Shown here: positions 38,897-49,074 of the stretch, one piece after another
How positions within the stretch are numbered: the first letter of the stretch is position 1
Layout: each line of letters starts with the position of its first letter
Origin: an uncultured candidatus Brocadiaceae bacterium
GTDB lineage: Bacteria > Planctomycetota > Brocadiia > SM23-32
Assembly (NCBI GenBank): GCA_964521715.1
Contig: CAZFSS010000013.1
Coordinates: forward strand, 7,327 to 71,326
Direction: 5' to 3'
DNA: 64,000 bases
The notes under the pieces: model-generated
What the model was told of the DNA's origin: nothing
Database searches by the model: none
What the model saw: only the letters and a program-made list of their open reading frames with translations
Position numbers and translations under genes: made by a program

Positions 38897-38945
38897 TGCG
38901 GATGCAAGTATACCAGAACAAATCCCCGATTGCAAGTTAAAACGG
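38897..38945. promoter_or_regulatory. Divergent promoter/operator region with a direct repeat TGCAAGT x2
   Basis: TGCAAGT at 38903-38909 and 38931-38937, 28 bp apart, in the 49-bp gap between divergent HTH regulator genes. Confidence 0.4.
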
Positions 38946-39359
38946 ATGGAGTTCGAAAGCATATCGGAAACCCCTGCGGATCGGCTCGCGCAGGCTCTCG
39001 CATACGTCCCCCACACCCAACGGGAAGTGGCCGGTCGCTTAGGGATGTCAGAGACGCACCTATCCGCAGTCAAGAACGGCCACGAGCCATTGTCGCCGCG
39101 CGTTGCGCGTGGACTTCAAGAGGCGTTCGGCATACGGGCGGAGTGGCTTCTGCACGGCACAGGCGTAATGCTCGACGCTCAGTCCGAGCTTTGGGGGGCG
39201 ACCACGACAACCTCCCCCGGCGCGGTGTCGGCCATCTACCGCAAGACCTTCTTCTGCGGTGCCTGCGGCCAGCCCGTGGCTTTGAACCGGACGCCCTGCC
39301 CGCACTGTGGCTGCCGGTTGCTCTGGCCGGCCGATCCGGCAGAGGCCGAAGCGGAATAG
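38946..39359 (+). CDS. XRE-family (Cro/CI-type) HTH repressor with a C-terminal zinc-ribbon
   Basis: HTH segment QREVAGRLGMSETHLSAVKNG. C-terminal CGACGQP...CPHCGC is a 4-Cys zinc ribbon. Confidence 0.7.
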   Translation: MEFESISETPADRLAQALAYVPHTQREVAGRLGMSETHLSAVKNGHEPLSPRVARGLQEAFGIRAEWLLHGTGVMLDAQSELWGATTTTSPGAVSAIYRKTFFCGACGQPVALNRTPCPHCGCRLLWPADPAEAEAE

Positions 39360-40451
39360 GCTCCGTCCGGTTTCTGCCGGTCAAAAACCGGAGTAGAAGC
39401 CCGTTCTCGCTTGCGCCAAAGCCGGTTTTCGGGTATCATGGAAGCATCGTTGAGCACGAGTCGCGCCCGAACTGCCCGTTCAGGCACGACGCCAGGGAGC
39501 CGGGGAGCCCACCTCGGCTCCCTGGCCCTTTATGGGGCGGGCTTTGTATAGCGGTTTCACCCGCACGTCTGACCCGCTTTGGCATGCCGTTTGCTGTGTG
39601 TCCGTAGGATTGTCCGCCATTGTCCCTTGGATCGGCCGCCGGCGGCCCGGCCCCGAGGGCTGCAAGGCCCCTGAAACGCCCCTGCATGGCCGTTTCAGGC
39701 CATCTGCCCGTCCGTCCCCGCCGCTGCCGAAAACGCGCATTCTACGCGGATTCGGTTCAAATCGATGCATCCCCTTTTTTGCCCCAACTCCATGCCTCCC
39801 ATACCTTTACGCCCACGGACATTGTCCCATCTTCCTTGTCCCCCACTACCCACGCCAACAGGCCTCTCGTCGATGGGCTGCGCGTGCGGGCGCCGGCCAA
39901 CGGCATGGCCGCGTCTTCCATCATAGCCGGCTGGAGGAAGATGGTGTAGGAGAACGCCATGAACGTCGTGACGCCGCCCAGGACCTCCCGCCCTAGCATG
40001 CTGCCACGCTCGCCGACTCCGAACATCTCCCCAATGGATGGCATGGCCCAGGTCCTCCGATGAAGGCATCCCGGGAGTCCAGGCGGCCCCCCTGCCGGCA
40101 GGCCCGATGCGCGGCGGACGGGCCCTCGGACACCCACTTCTTAGGGGCGGATTATAAGGCCGACGGGTGCCGCGGTCAACGCGTTGGCGACGGCTGCCGG
40201 GGCCGCTTGGGGCGGTAGTCTGGGGGCACTTCAGCGTCGTGGTCTGCCAGTATGGCAGGCGGAATCGCCTCGCCCAAACGGCTGCACCGCGCCTTCGGAA
40301 GGCGCAACGGCGCCTGAACTCCTAAGACGCTGCGAAGAAAGGCCTTAGGGTCCCGCGCCGCAGGCATGGTATTGCATTTGCGCTTGATATGGACTACACT
40401 GAGGGGTTTGCCAGTTCGAAGAGACTGTAAGCGAAAGGAAGGTCGATGGCA

Positions 40452-42368
40452 ATGGCTCGGGAGCGCATCATAGGAATAGACCTTGGAACAACCAACTCCG
40501 TCGTCGCCGTCATGGAAGGCGGCAAGCCCACCGTGATCCACAACGAAGACGGCGCCCGCCTGACGCCGTCGGTCGTGGCGTTCACCGAGGACGGAGAGCG
40601 GCTGGTCGGGGTCAAGGCCAAGCGGCAGGCCGTGACGAACCCGGCGAACACGGTGTTTAGCATCAAGCGCTTCATGGGGCGCCGGCACAGTGAGGTCTCG
40701 GCCGAAGAGAAGATGGTGCCGTACCAGATCGTGGGCGGGCCGCAGGAGCTGGTCAAGGTGAAGGCCGGGGGCAAGGAGTACACCCCACCCGAGATCTCGG
40801 CCATGATACTGCAGGCGCTCAGGCGAGCGGCGCAGGATTACCTGGGCGAGGAAATCGAGAAGGCCGTCATTACCGTCCCCGCCTACTTCAACGACGGCCA
40901 GCGCCAGGCCACGAAGGACGCGGGCACGATCGCCGGGCTCAAAGTCGAGCGGATCATCAACGAGCCGACGGCCGCTTCGCTCGCCTACGGGCTCGAGAGG
41001 AAGGAGGACGAGAAGATCGCCGTCTTCGACTTCGGAGGCGGCACGTTCGACATCTCGATCCTGGAGGTCGGCGAAGGCGTGTTCGAGGTGAAAGCCACGA
41101 ACGGCAATACGCATCTGGGCGGCGACGACCTGGACGATTACCTGATCCGCCACATCGCCGACGAGTTCAAGAAGCAGCAGGGCATAGACCTGCGCCGGGA
41201 CCAGATGGCGCTGCAGCGGCTCAAGGAGGCCGCCGAGGCGGCCAAGTGCGACCTGTCCACGTCCACGGAGACGGAGATCAACCTGCCGTTCATCACGGCC
41301 GACAGCAGCGGACCGAAGCATCTGCACATGACCATCAACCGGGCGAAGTTCGAGGAGCTGGCCGGGCCCATCTTCGAGAAGCTCAAAGGCCCGTGCAAGC
41401 AGTGCCTGGAGGACGCGAAGCTGAGGCCCGAGGAAATCGACGAGGTCATCCTCGTCGGCGGCTCGACCCGCATCCCCATAGTCCAGCAGATCGTCAGGGA
41501 CATCTTCCACAGGGAACCGCACAAGGGCGTCAACCCCGACGAAGTGGTCGCGGTCGGCGCGGCCATTCAGGGCGGCGTGTTGGGGGGCGAGATCGAGGAC
41601 GTTGTCCTGGTTGACGTGACGCCCCTCTCTCTGGGCATCGAGACGCTGGGCGGCGTGACGACCGTGCTGATCGGCCGCAACACGTCGATCCCCACCAGCA
41701 AGAAGGAGGTCTTCAGCACGGCGGCGGACAATCAGACCAGCGTGGAGATCCACGTTCTGCAGGGAGAGCGCCAGATGGCGGCGGACAACCGCACGCTCGG
41801 GCGCTTCCAGCTTGCGGGCATCCCCGCTGCCCCCCGCAGCATGCCGCAGATTGAGGTCAGTTTCGACCTCGACGCGGACGGCATCCTCAACGTGAAGGCG
41901 CAGGACCTCGGCACCGGTAAGGTGCAGGACATCGAGATCAAGAGTAGCTCCGGCCTCACGGAGGATCAGATCGACAAGATGCGTGGGGAGGCCGAGGAGC
42001 ACGCCGATGAGGACCGGCAGCGCCGCGAGCTCGCCGAAACACGCAACATGGCCGACCAGCTCGTCTACACCACCGAGAAGACGCTGAAGGAGCACGGAGA
42101 CAAGCTCCGCGGGGAAGAGCGCAAGACCGTCGAAGACGCCCTCGAAGGGCTGCGGAAGGTCAAGAACGGCGACAACAGGGAAGAGATCCAGCAGAAAATG
42201 GAGGCCCTCCAGACGGCCTCTCACAAGCTGGCAGAGGCGATCTACCAGCAATCCAGGGCCCAGCAGCAGGCCCGGCCAACAGGCGCCGCCGGGGGCGCAC
42301 GCGAGCAAGAGGCGGCGCGAGGCAACGACGAGGACGTCGTGGACGCGGATTTCGAGGTCAAGGAGTAG
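40452..42368 (+). CDS. dnaK: Molecular chaperone DnaK (Hsp70)
   Basis: [26 protein letters not shown], and an EEVD-like acidic C-terminus. The start is either 40446 or 40452; I prefer 40452 for its spacing from the AAAGGAAGG site. Confidence 0.95.
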   Translation: MARERIIGIDLGTTNSVVAVMEGGKPTVIHNEDGARLTPSVVAFTEDGERLVGVKAKRQAVTNPANTVFSIKRFMGRRHSEVSAEEKMVPYQIVGGPQELVKVKAGGKEYTPPEISAMILQALRRAAQDYLGEEIEKAVITVPAYFNDGQRQATKDAGTIAGLKVERIINEPTAASLAYGLERKEDEKIAVFDFGGGTFDISILEVGEGVFEVKATNGNTHLGGDDLDDYLIRHIADEFKKQQGIDLRRDQMALQRLKEAAEAAKCDLSTSTETEINLPFITADSSGPKHLHMTINRAKFEELAGPIFEKLKGPCKQCLEDAKLRPEEIDEVILVGGSTRIPIVQQIVRDIFHREPHKGVNPDEVVAVGAAIQGGVLGGEIEDVVLVDVTPLSLGIETLGGVTTVLIGRNTSIPTSKKEVFSTAADNQTSVEIHVLQGERQMAADNRTLGRFQLAGIPAAPRSMPQIEVSFDLDADGILNVKAQDLGTGKVQDIEIKSSSGLTEDQIDKMRGEAEEHADEDRQRRELAETRNMADQLVYTTEKTLKEHGDKLRGEERKTVEDALEGLRKVKNGDNREEIQQKMEALQTASHKLAEAIYQQSRAQQQARPTGAAGGAREQEAARGNDEDVVDADFEVKE

Positions 42369-42497
42369 CCGCATCGTTGGCGTCCCGACGTGCCAGCAGG
42401 CATTGCGCGGGAATCCGGTGCCGCAGCAATCTCTGCCGGGCCGGCATCGGAAGCCAGAGGCGATCCCGTTCACTCCTAGCCCGTAAAGACAACGCCA

Positions 42498-45131
42498 ATG
42501 CGCGCCGAGCGCTTCACCATAAAGGTGCGGGAAGCTCTGGAAGCGGCGCAGTCCGCCGCCAGGAGCAAGAACCACCAGCAGATCACGAGCGCCCACCTGC
42601 TCCAGGCGCTGCTTTCGCAGTCGGGCGGCGTCGTGCGGCCCATACTGCAGCGCCTCGGCGCCAACGTGGAGGCCATCGGCCGCGACCTGGAGGCCGAGCT
42701 GGACAAGCTGGCGCAGGTCCGCGGCGCTGGAGCGGGACAGGCCTACCTGGCGCCGGACCTCGCGCAGGCCCTGGACGAGGCGGAGCGGCAGGCCCGGCAG
42801 CTGCGCGACGAGTACGTGAGCGCGGAGCACCTGCTGCTGGCCTTCACGGGGCAGAGCGATTCGGCCGCCGGCGAGGCGCTCCGGAAGCACGGGGTGAGCC
42901 GGGAGGGGCTGCTCGCGGCCCTGAAGGAGGTGCGCGGCACGCAACGAGTCACTGACGAGAGCCCCGAAGAGAAGTACCAGGCCCTGGAACGCTACGCGCG
43001 CGACGTGGTGGAGATCGCGCGGCGGGGCAAGCTCGACCCCGTGATCGGACGGGACCGCGAGATCCGGAAGGTCATACAGGTGCTCGGACGCCGCACGAAG
43101 AACAACCCCGTCCTGGTGGGCGACCCCGGCGTCGGCAAGACGGCCATCGTCGAGGGGCTCGCGCAGCGCATCGTCAACGGCGACGTTCCGACGAGCCTGA
43201 AGAACAAGCGCGTGCTCGCCCTAGACATGGGGGCGCTGGTGGCCGGGGCAAAGTACCGGGGCGAGTTCGAGGATCGGCTGAAGGCCGTCCTGCGCGAGAT
43301 CGAGGCGCGCGGCGACGTGATACTTTTCATTGACGAGCTCCACACCGTCGTCGGCGCCGGGGCGGCCGAGGGAGCCGTGGACGCGTCCAACCTGCTCAAG
43401 CCGGCGCTGGCGCGCGGCGAGCTGCACTGTGTCGGCGCCACCACGTTGGACGAGTACAGGAAGCACGTTGAAGCGGACGCCGCGCTGGAGCGCCGCTTCC
43501 AGCCCGTGCGCGTGGACGAGCCGACCGTGGAGGACACAATCGCCATCCTGCGGGGCCTGAAGGAGAAGTACCAGGTCCACCACGGCGTGCGCATCACGGA
43601 CAGCGCTCTGGTCGCCGCCGCCACCCTGAGCCACCGCTACATCACGGACAGGTTCCTGCCGGACAAGGCGATCGACCTGATGGACGAGGCCGCCTCCAAG
43701 CTGCGCATGGAGATAGACAGCGTTCCCGTCGAGCTGGACCAGGTCAGGCGGCGGATCACCCAGCTTCAGGTCGAGGCGGAGGGCCTCAAGAAGGAGGACA
43801 GCGAGGCCGCAAGGAGCCAGATGAAGCGGGTCGAGAAGCAACTGGCGGATCTGCAGGCCGAAGAGCATGCGCTGCGTGCGCAGTGGGAGAACGAGAAACG
43901 CATCATCACCCGCATCCGCGAGCTCAACCAGCAGATCGACGAGGCCCACACCGAAGAGCAGGCCGCCCAGCGCGCCGGCGACCTCCAGCGCGTCGGCGAG
44001 ATCCGCTACGGCAAGATGCTGGAGCTCCATAAAGAGCTCCAAGAACAGCAGGAGCGGCTCGCCGAGATCCAGTCCGGACAGCAGCTCCTCAAGGAAGAAG
44101 TCGACAGCGAGGACATCGCCGAGATCGTCTCGCACTGGACCGGCATTCCCGTCCAGCGCATGCTGGAAACCGAGCGGCAGAGGCTGCTGCACATGGAGGA
44201 CGAACTGGGCAAGCGGGTCGTCGGCCAGGATGAGGCCATACGTGCGGTCTCGCAGACGGTCCGGCGGGCGCGCGCCGGCCTTCAGGACCCTGACCGGCCG
44301 CTGGGCTCTTTCATCTTCCTGGGCCCGACGGGCGTGGGCAAGACCGAGCTATGCAAGGCTTTGGCCGAGTTCTTGTTCGACGACGAGGACGCCTTGATCC
44401 GCTTTGACATGAGCGAGTTCATGGAGCAGCACTCGGTGGCCAGGCTGATCGGCGCCCCGCCGGGTTACGTGGGTTACGAGGAAGGCGGCCGCCTGACCGA
44501 GTCCGTCCGCAGACGTCCCTACAGCGTCGTGCTGTTCGATGAGATCGAGAAGGCGCATCGGGACGTGTTCAACGCCCTGCTCCAGGTGCTGGACGACGGC
44601 CGGATGACCGACGGCAAGGGGCGCACCGTGGACTTCAAAAACACGATCATCGTCATGACGTCGAACATCGGCAGCCATTGGATTGCCGACGAGGCCGCCG
44701 TCCGCGACCGCGCTGGACTGAAGGGACGCATCATGCTCGCCCTGAGGGAGAGCTTCCGCCCGGAGTTCCTCAACCGCATAGACGAGATCATCGTGTTCGA
44801 CTCCCTTTCGCCCGAGCTGGTCAAGGAGATAACGGACATCCAGCTCGAACGAGTGCGGCAGCGGCTGGCCGAGCGCGACATCTCGCTACGGGTCGATCCG
44901 GCTGCCGAGGACCTGCTCGCCGCCGAGGGCTACGACCCCATCTACGGCGCCAGGCCGCTGAAGCGAACCATCCAGAGGAAGGTCGAGAACCCCCTGGCGG
45001 AGGCCATGCTCGAGGGAAACCTGCTGCCAGGGGGCACCGCAGTGGTGAGTGCGGAGCGCGGCGAAGTGGTCGTCACCGCCGACAGCCCCTCCGCCGAAGA
45101 AGCGGCTGCCAGCGCCGAGGAGCAATCGTGA
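42498..45131 (+). CDS. clpB: Chaperone disaggregase ClpB
   Basis: Clp N domain, NBD1 (GDPGVGKT), a long coiled-coil M-domain, NBD2 (GPTGVGKT), 877 aa. Confidence 0.95.
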   Translation: MRAERFTIKVREALEAAQSAARSKNHQQITSAHLLQALLSQSGGVVRPILQRLGANVEAIGRDLEAELDKLAQVRGAGAGQAYLAPDLAQALDEAERQARQLRDEYVSAEHLLLAFTGQSDSAAGEALRKHGVSREGLLAALKEVRGTQRVTDESPEEKYQALERYARDVVEIARRGKLDPVIGRDREIRKVIQVLGRRTKNNPVLVGDPGVGKTAIVEGLAQRIVNGDVPTSLKNKRVLALDMGALVAGAKYRGEFEDRLKAVLREIEARGDVILFIDELHTVVGAGAAEGAVDASNLLKPALARGELHCVGATTLDEYRKHVEADAALERRFQPVRVDEPTVEDTIAILRGLKEKYQVHHGVRITDSALVAAATLSHRYITDRFLPDKAIDLMDEAASKLRMEIDSVPVELDQVRRRITQLQVEAEGLKKEDSEAARSQMKRVEKQLADLQAEEHALRAQWENEKRIITRIRELNQQIDEAHTEEQAAQRAGDLQRVGEIRYGKMLELHKELQEQQERLAEIQSGQQLLKEEVDSEDIAEIVSHWTGIPVQRMLETERQRLLHMEDELGKRVVGQDEAIRAVSQTVRRARAGLQDPDRPLGSFIFLGPTGVGKTELCKALAEFLFDDEDALIRFDMSEFMEQHSVARLIGAPPGYVGYEEGGRLTESVRRRPYSVVLFDEIEKAHRDVFNALLQVLDDGRMTDGKGRTVDFKNTIIVMTSNIGSHWIADEAAVRDRAGLKGRIMLALRESFRPEFLNRIDEIIVFDSLSPELVKEITDIQLERVRQRLAERDISLRVDPAAEDLLAAEGYDPIYGARPLKRTIQRKVENPLAEAMLEGNLLPGGTAVVSAERGEVVVTADSPSAEEAAASAEEQS

Positions 45132-45916
45132 GAGACTCGCTTAGGGTCGCCGTCTTTCAGATGGAGACGGCGTTCGACGTCGGACAGAACGCCGGGAAGA
45201 TACACGCCGCATTGGACCGCGCTCGCGACGAGGAGGCCGAACTGCTCCTGGTGCCCGAATGCGCCCTGAGCGGCTACCTGCCCGAGCCCGACCTGGATTT
45301 CGATGCTCTGCGGCAGGCCGAAGGTGAGCTGGCCTCTCACGGCGCGGAGGCCGGCGTCTGGCTGGCGCTGGGGACGACCCGCAGCGAAGGCCCGGAATGG
45401 TTCAACGCAGTGCGGCTCTACTCCCCCGCCGGCCAGGTCGCGGCCGTTTACGACAAGACGCACCTGACCGGCGACGACCAAGAGACCTTTGCGGCCGGCG
45501 ACGCGCTTCCGGTCTTCCGGACCGGAGCGTGGACGGTCGGCATTCAGGTATGCTTCGACATGCGTTTCCCGGAGAACTGGCGCATTCTGCGGCGCAAGGG
45601 CGCTGAGCTGGTCATCCACCTGTCGAACGCATCCCGCTCGGCGCCGTGGAAGGTGCCCGTGCTGGCCGGCACCGTGCGGAGCCGCGCGGCGGAGAATGGC
45701 ATGTTCGTGGCCAGCGCCAATGACGCACGCGCCCCGCAGATGATGGTGAGCGCGATCTACGACCCCGACGGCAAGGAGTTAGCAAGCGCTCCCGAGAACG
45801 AGGAAGCCATGATCTTCGCTGACCTGGACCGGTCTCTGGTCAAAACGGATTTCCTCGAGCATCGGCGCACGGACCTATGGAACCGGCCCGAGAACCGATC
45901 TCTGCTTCTGGGCTAG
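45128..45916 (+). CDS. Carbon-nitrogen hydrolase (nitrilase superfamily)
   Basis: The Glu-Lys-Cys triad context ([11 protein letters not shown] ... VYDKTHL ... [12 protein letters not shown]). The GTG start overlaps the clpB TGA stop (GTGA). Confidence 0.75.
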   Translation: MRDSLRVAVFQMETAFDVGQNAGKIHAALDRARDEEAELLLVPECALSGYLPEPDLDFDALRQAEGELASHGAEAGVWLALGTTRSEGPEWFNAVRLYSPAGQVAAVYDKTHLTGDDQETFAAGDALPVFRTGAWTVGIQVCFDMRFPENWRILRRKGAELVIHLSNASRSAPWKVPVLAGTVRSRAAENGMFVASANDARAPQMMVSAIYDPDGKELASAPENEEAMIFADLDRSLVKTDFLEHRRTDLWNRPENRSLLLG

Positions 45917-45939
45917 GCCCCCTCCCCCGCCGTTGCGCC

Positions 45940-46872
45940 TCAGGAGTGCGCGGTCAGCTCTCTGATCCGGGTCTCGGCGTGCATGGCGGCCGTGATGGCT
46001 TCGCCGATGGCCGTCCCGACCTGCCGGTAGGAGCCCTTGCGGACGTCGCCGACGGCGTAGACGCCTTTCACGTCCGTCTCCATGTTGTAGTCCACGGGGA
46101 TGACGCCGCCGGCGCAGTCGGGCAGCAGGTTCTTCAGATACTGCGTGTTGGGATCGTGCCCGATGAAGATGAATACGCCGTCGCAGTCCAGCCGGGACTC
46201 CTCGCCCGTCTTCACGTCGCGCGTCGTGACGCCGGCCACCTTGCTCTCGCCGTGGATCCCCGTCACGATCGTGTCCAGGACGAACTCGATCTTCCCGTTC
46301 TCCCGGGCCTCCTGGACGTGGACGGCCCGCGCGCGGAAGCCCTGGCGCCGATGAATCAGCTTGACCTCCGAGGCGAAGCGAGTCAGGAACACGCCTTCCG
46401 TTATGGCGGCATCCCCCCCGCCGACGACGACAAGCCTCTTGTCTCGGAAAAAGGGCCCGTCGCACGTGGCGCAGTAGCTTACGCCTCTGCCGGCAAGCTC
46501 CTTCTCGCCCGGCACGCCCAGCTTTCTGTGGTCGGCACCCGAAGCGATGATGACGATGGGCGCCACGTATTCGCCGCTCTCGGCCTGCACGCGCTTCAAC
46601 GGGCCCTCTGCCACGACGTCCTTGACCGCGCCGCTGACGACCTCGACGCCGAACTTCTCGGCGTGCGCTTTCATCCTCTCAACGAGGTCCGGGCCAGCGA
46701 TGCCCTCGGGGAAGCCCGGATAGTTATCCACGTCGTAAGCCTCGACAATCTGGCCACCTACGACAAGCCGCTCCAGCACGACGGCCTTCATCAGCGCCCG
46801 TCCGCAATAGAGGCCGGCGGCCAGCCCCGCCGGCCCGGCGCCGATGATGATCACGTCCACCTTCTCTGCCAT
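45940..46872 (-). CDS. trxB: Thioredoxin-disulfide reductase
   Basis: FAD motif VIIIGAGPAGL, redox-active CATC, NADPH motif VVVGGGDAA. I chose the Met at MAEKVDVIIIG as the start. Confidence 0.9.
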   Translation of the reverse strand: MAEKVDVIIIGAGPAGLAAGLYCGRALMKAVVLERLVVGGQIVEAYDVDNYPGFPEGIAGPDLVERMKAHAEKFGVEVVSGAVKDVVAEGPLKRVQAESGEYVAPIVIIASGADHRKLGVPGEKELAGRGVSYCATCDGPFFRDKRLVVVGGGDAAITEGVFLTRFASEVKLIHRRQGFRARAVHVQEARENGKIEFVLDTIVTGIHGESKVAGVTTRDVKTGEESRLDCDGVFIFIGHDPNTQYLKNLLPDCAGGVIPVDYNMETDVKGVYAVGDVRKGSYRQVGTAIGEAITAAMHAETRIRELTAHS

Positions 46873-46999
46873 GGCATGAAGCCCTTCTTCATCCCGGTGC
46901 ATAGAGGCCAGGATATGCCAAAGCCAACGCGGGCAACGACGGCCGGGCCTGGCCCGGAGGTGCCGTGACCGCCCGGCGTCTCAGCGGTCCCTCCTCCGC

Positions 47000-47410
47000 T
47001 CAGAGCCTTCGCTGGATGGCTTCCTGAAGGGCCAGCAGCTGGCCCTTCTTGTAGGAGAGCTGACGCCAGCCCAGAGAGAAGCCATCGTCGGCCCGACGAG
47101 GGATCACGTGCATGTGACAGTGGTCCACGATCTGTCCGGCCGGGCCGCCGTCGTTCTGAAGGATGTTGAAGGCCGGGCTGCCCGTCGCCTCGATCACGGC
47201 CGCTGCCACCCGCCTGGCCACGAAGATCATCACGTGCAGCTCGTTCTGCTGCAGGTCCAGAAAGCTGCTGACGTGTCGCCTCGGGACGACGAGCGCGTGC
47301 CCCGGGTTCACGGGGTTGACGTCCAGGAAGCTGATGACCCTATCGGTTTCGACAAGTACCGCCGCTGGTATCTCCCCCGCGATGATCTTGCAGAACACAC
47401 AATCGTCCAT
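47000..47410 (-). CDS. HIT-family (histidine triad) nucleotide hydrolase
   Basis: CVFCKI... and the HCHMHVIPR triad. Confidence 0.85.
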   Translation of the reverse strand: MDDCVFCKIIAGEIPAAVLVETDRVISFLDVNPVNPGHALVVPRRHVSSFLDLQQNELHVMIFVARRVAAAVIEATGSPAFNILQNDGGPAGQIVDHCHMHVIPRRADDGFSLGWRQLSYKKGQLLALQEAIQRRL

Positions 47411-47706
47411 CGGTCGCTCCCCGCTGACTGAAGCCCGTCATGAATGAGGGCCTACATTATACGGCCCGCCCCCCCGACTGCGAAAGCGTCGCTGGTCGGC
47501 CCCGGCACCCAAGGCCGGGGCGTCCTTTCACTGCTTGGGCTATCCGCCGCCCCCTTGCAGCGCCCGCGCGGCCGACCGGCCATGTCGGGCCATACTTCAA
47601 AACCGCCGGGGAATCTGGTAAAGTGGCGAAGCGCCGTGTTGCGCGCTCGTGCCAGGTCGTGGCATGCTTCGCGGCAGCGGCCGGGGTCTTTTCTTCCAGG
47701 GAGCAT

Positions 47707-49074
47707 ATGGCTACCGATTTCAGGGCAATCGGGTGGCGGAAGGCACTGGCCCTCCTGCTGGTTGTGGCTTTCCTGCTGGTTCTGGCTGGTCCGTTCCTGC
47801 TTCGGCGGGGGAAGGCAGAACAGACGCGGAAGCTCGTCATTATCTCGCCCCACTCGGAGAGCATAGAGGACGAGTTCGAGCGGGCCTTCTCGGCGTGGAC
47901 GGCTGAGACCGAGGGGTTCACCGTCGACATCGAGTGGCTCGACCTGGGCGGCACGACGCAGGCAATCAAGTTCGTCCAGGATCAGTTCGAGCGAAGTCCT
48001 GACGGAATCAACGTGGACGTCTTCTTCGGCGGGGGCGAGGACCCCTTCCTCCTGTTCGGCAGGAAAGGGCTCCTGCATCGCTGCAACATACCGGAGGACA
48101 TCCTCGCGCAGATCCCGCGCACCTATGCCGGCACGGAGGTGTACGACGAAGAGCAGCGGTGGTTCGGGGCCTGCATGTCCAGCTTCGGGATCCTCTACAA
48201 CAAGGAGCTGCTCAAGAGGCTGGGCCTTGCGGAGCCGCAGACGTGGGCTGACCTGGGGCGGCCGGATTACTTCACGTGGGTGGCCGCTGCCGATCCGAGG
48301 CAGAGCGGCAGCATGCACATGCTTTATGAGATCATCTTGCAGGCCTACGGCTGGGATGAAGGCTGGGGGCACGTGGTGCGCATCGGGGGGAACTGCCGGG
48401 CGTTCAGCCGGGCGGCCAGCGACGTGCCCAACGAGATCGCCATCGGCGAGGCCGCATGCGGAATGGCGATCGACTACTACGCCCTGCGCGCCGTGGCGGA
48501 GGCGGGCGAGGAGAAGATGGGGTTTCTGCTGCCGCGGAAGTTGACGGTTTTCAACCCGGACGGCATCGGCGTTCTGAAGGGCGCGTCGAACATGCGGCTG
48601 GCGGAGCGGTTCGTCCAGTTCGTCCTGTCCGAACGCGGGCAGCGGCTCTGGATGCTGAGGAAGGGAGCGCCGGGCGGGCCAACCGAGCACCAGCTATACC
48701 GCCTGCCCGTCATCCGCGGGATGATCGAGCGCTACGCGCAGGACGCGGTCGTGCGGATCGATCCTTTTGGATCCGAGCCCGGCTTCGCATTCGACATGGA
48801 GAAGAAGAACAACCGCTGGGGCATACTCAACGACCTGCTCGGCGCCTGCATTATCGACATGCACAGGGAGCTCGCCAGGGCCTGGGACGCCGTGCGCACG
48901 CTGCCGGAGGACGATCCGCGCGTGCGGCTTCTCCTGGCGCCGCCTGTCTCGGAGGACGGGCTGCTGGAGATGGCCCGCGGGAAGTGGGAGGATCCGGGCT
49001 TCCGGGCGGACACGACTGCCGCCTGGTCCCGCCAGGCAGGCGAGACGTATCGCAAAGCGGCCGAGGAGAAGTAG
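47707..49074 (+). CDS. ABC transporter periplasmic substrate-binding protein (Fe(III)-type family 1 SBP)
   Basis: N-terminal TM/signal anchor (LALLLVVAFLLVLAGPF), then an SBP fold. It is followed by a fused double permease and an FbpC-like ATPase. I chose the internal Met at 47707, which has an AGGGAG site upstream. The upstream extension in the track is Arg/Pro-rich. Confidence 0.7.
   Translation: MATDFRAIGWRKALALLLVVAFLLVLAGPFLLRRGKAEQTRKLVIISPHSESIEDEFERAFSAWTAETEGFTVDIEWLDLGGTTQAIKFVQDQFERSPDGINVDVFFGGGEDPFLLFGRKGLLHRCNIPEDILAQIPRTYAGTEVYDEEQRWFGACMSSFGILYNKELLKRLGLAEPQTWADLGRPDYFTWVAAADPRQSGSMHMLYEIILQAYGWDEGWGHVVRIGGNCRAFSRAASDVPNEIAIGEAACGMAIDYYALRAVAEAGEEKMGFLLPRKLTVFNPDGIGVLKGASNMRLAERFVQFVLSERGQRLWMLRKGAPGGPTEHQLYRLPVIRGMIERYAQDAVVRIDPFGSEPGFAFDMEKKNNRWGILNDLLGACIIDMHRELARAWDAVRTLPEDDPRVRLLLAPPVSEDGLLEMARGKWEDPGFRADTTAAWSRQAGETYRKAAEEK

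Larger units (their letters stand above)
30967..39359. mobile_element. Mu-family (transposable-phage-like) element, apparently incomplete: a regulatory/transposase module plus a tail tape-measure gene, and no head or distal tail genes
   Basis: The component genes are listed separately below. It lies between the alcohol dehydrogenase gene (ends 29651) and dnaK (starts about 40446). The exact ends are undetermined. The whole accessory interval is about 29652-40445. Confidence 0.55.

Noticed and set aside
39757-40137. 126-aa minus-strand ORF between the repressor gene and dnaK
   Set aside because: No domain and no ribosome-binding site. It overlaps other equally weak ORFs on both strands and lies in the hairpin-rich noncoding region. 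Weak evidence only.
40361-40445. HAIR/HspR-like element (CTTGATA-N7-CACTGAG) upstream of dnaK
   Set aside because: The two halves are not an inverted repeat of each other (CTTGAGT-N7-ACTCAAG is expected).
40176-42944. 922-aa ORF antisense to dnaK and the start of clpB
   Set aside because: Same antisense artefact. It spans two genes plus an intergenic gap and has no domains. DnaK on the plus strand is unambiguous.
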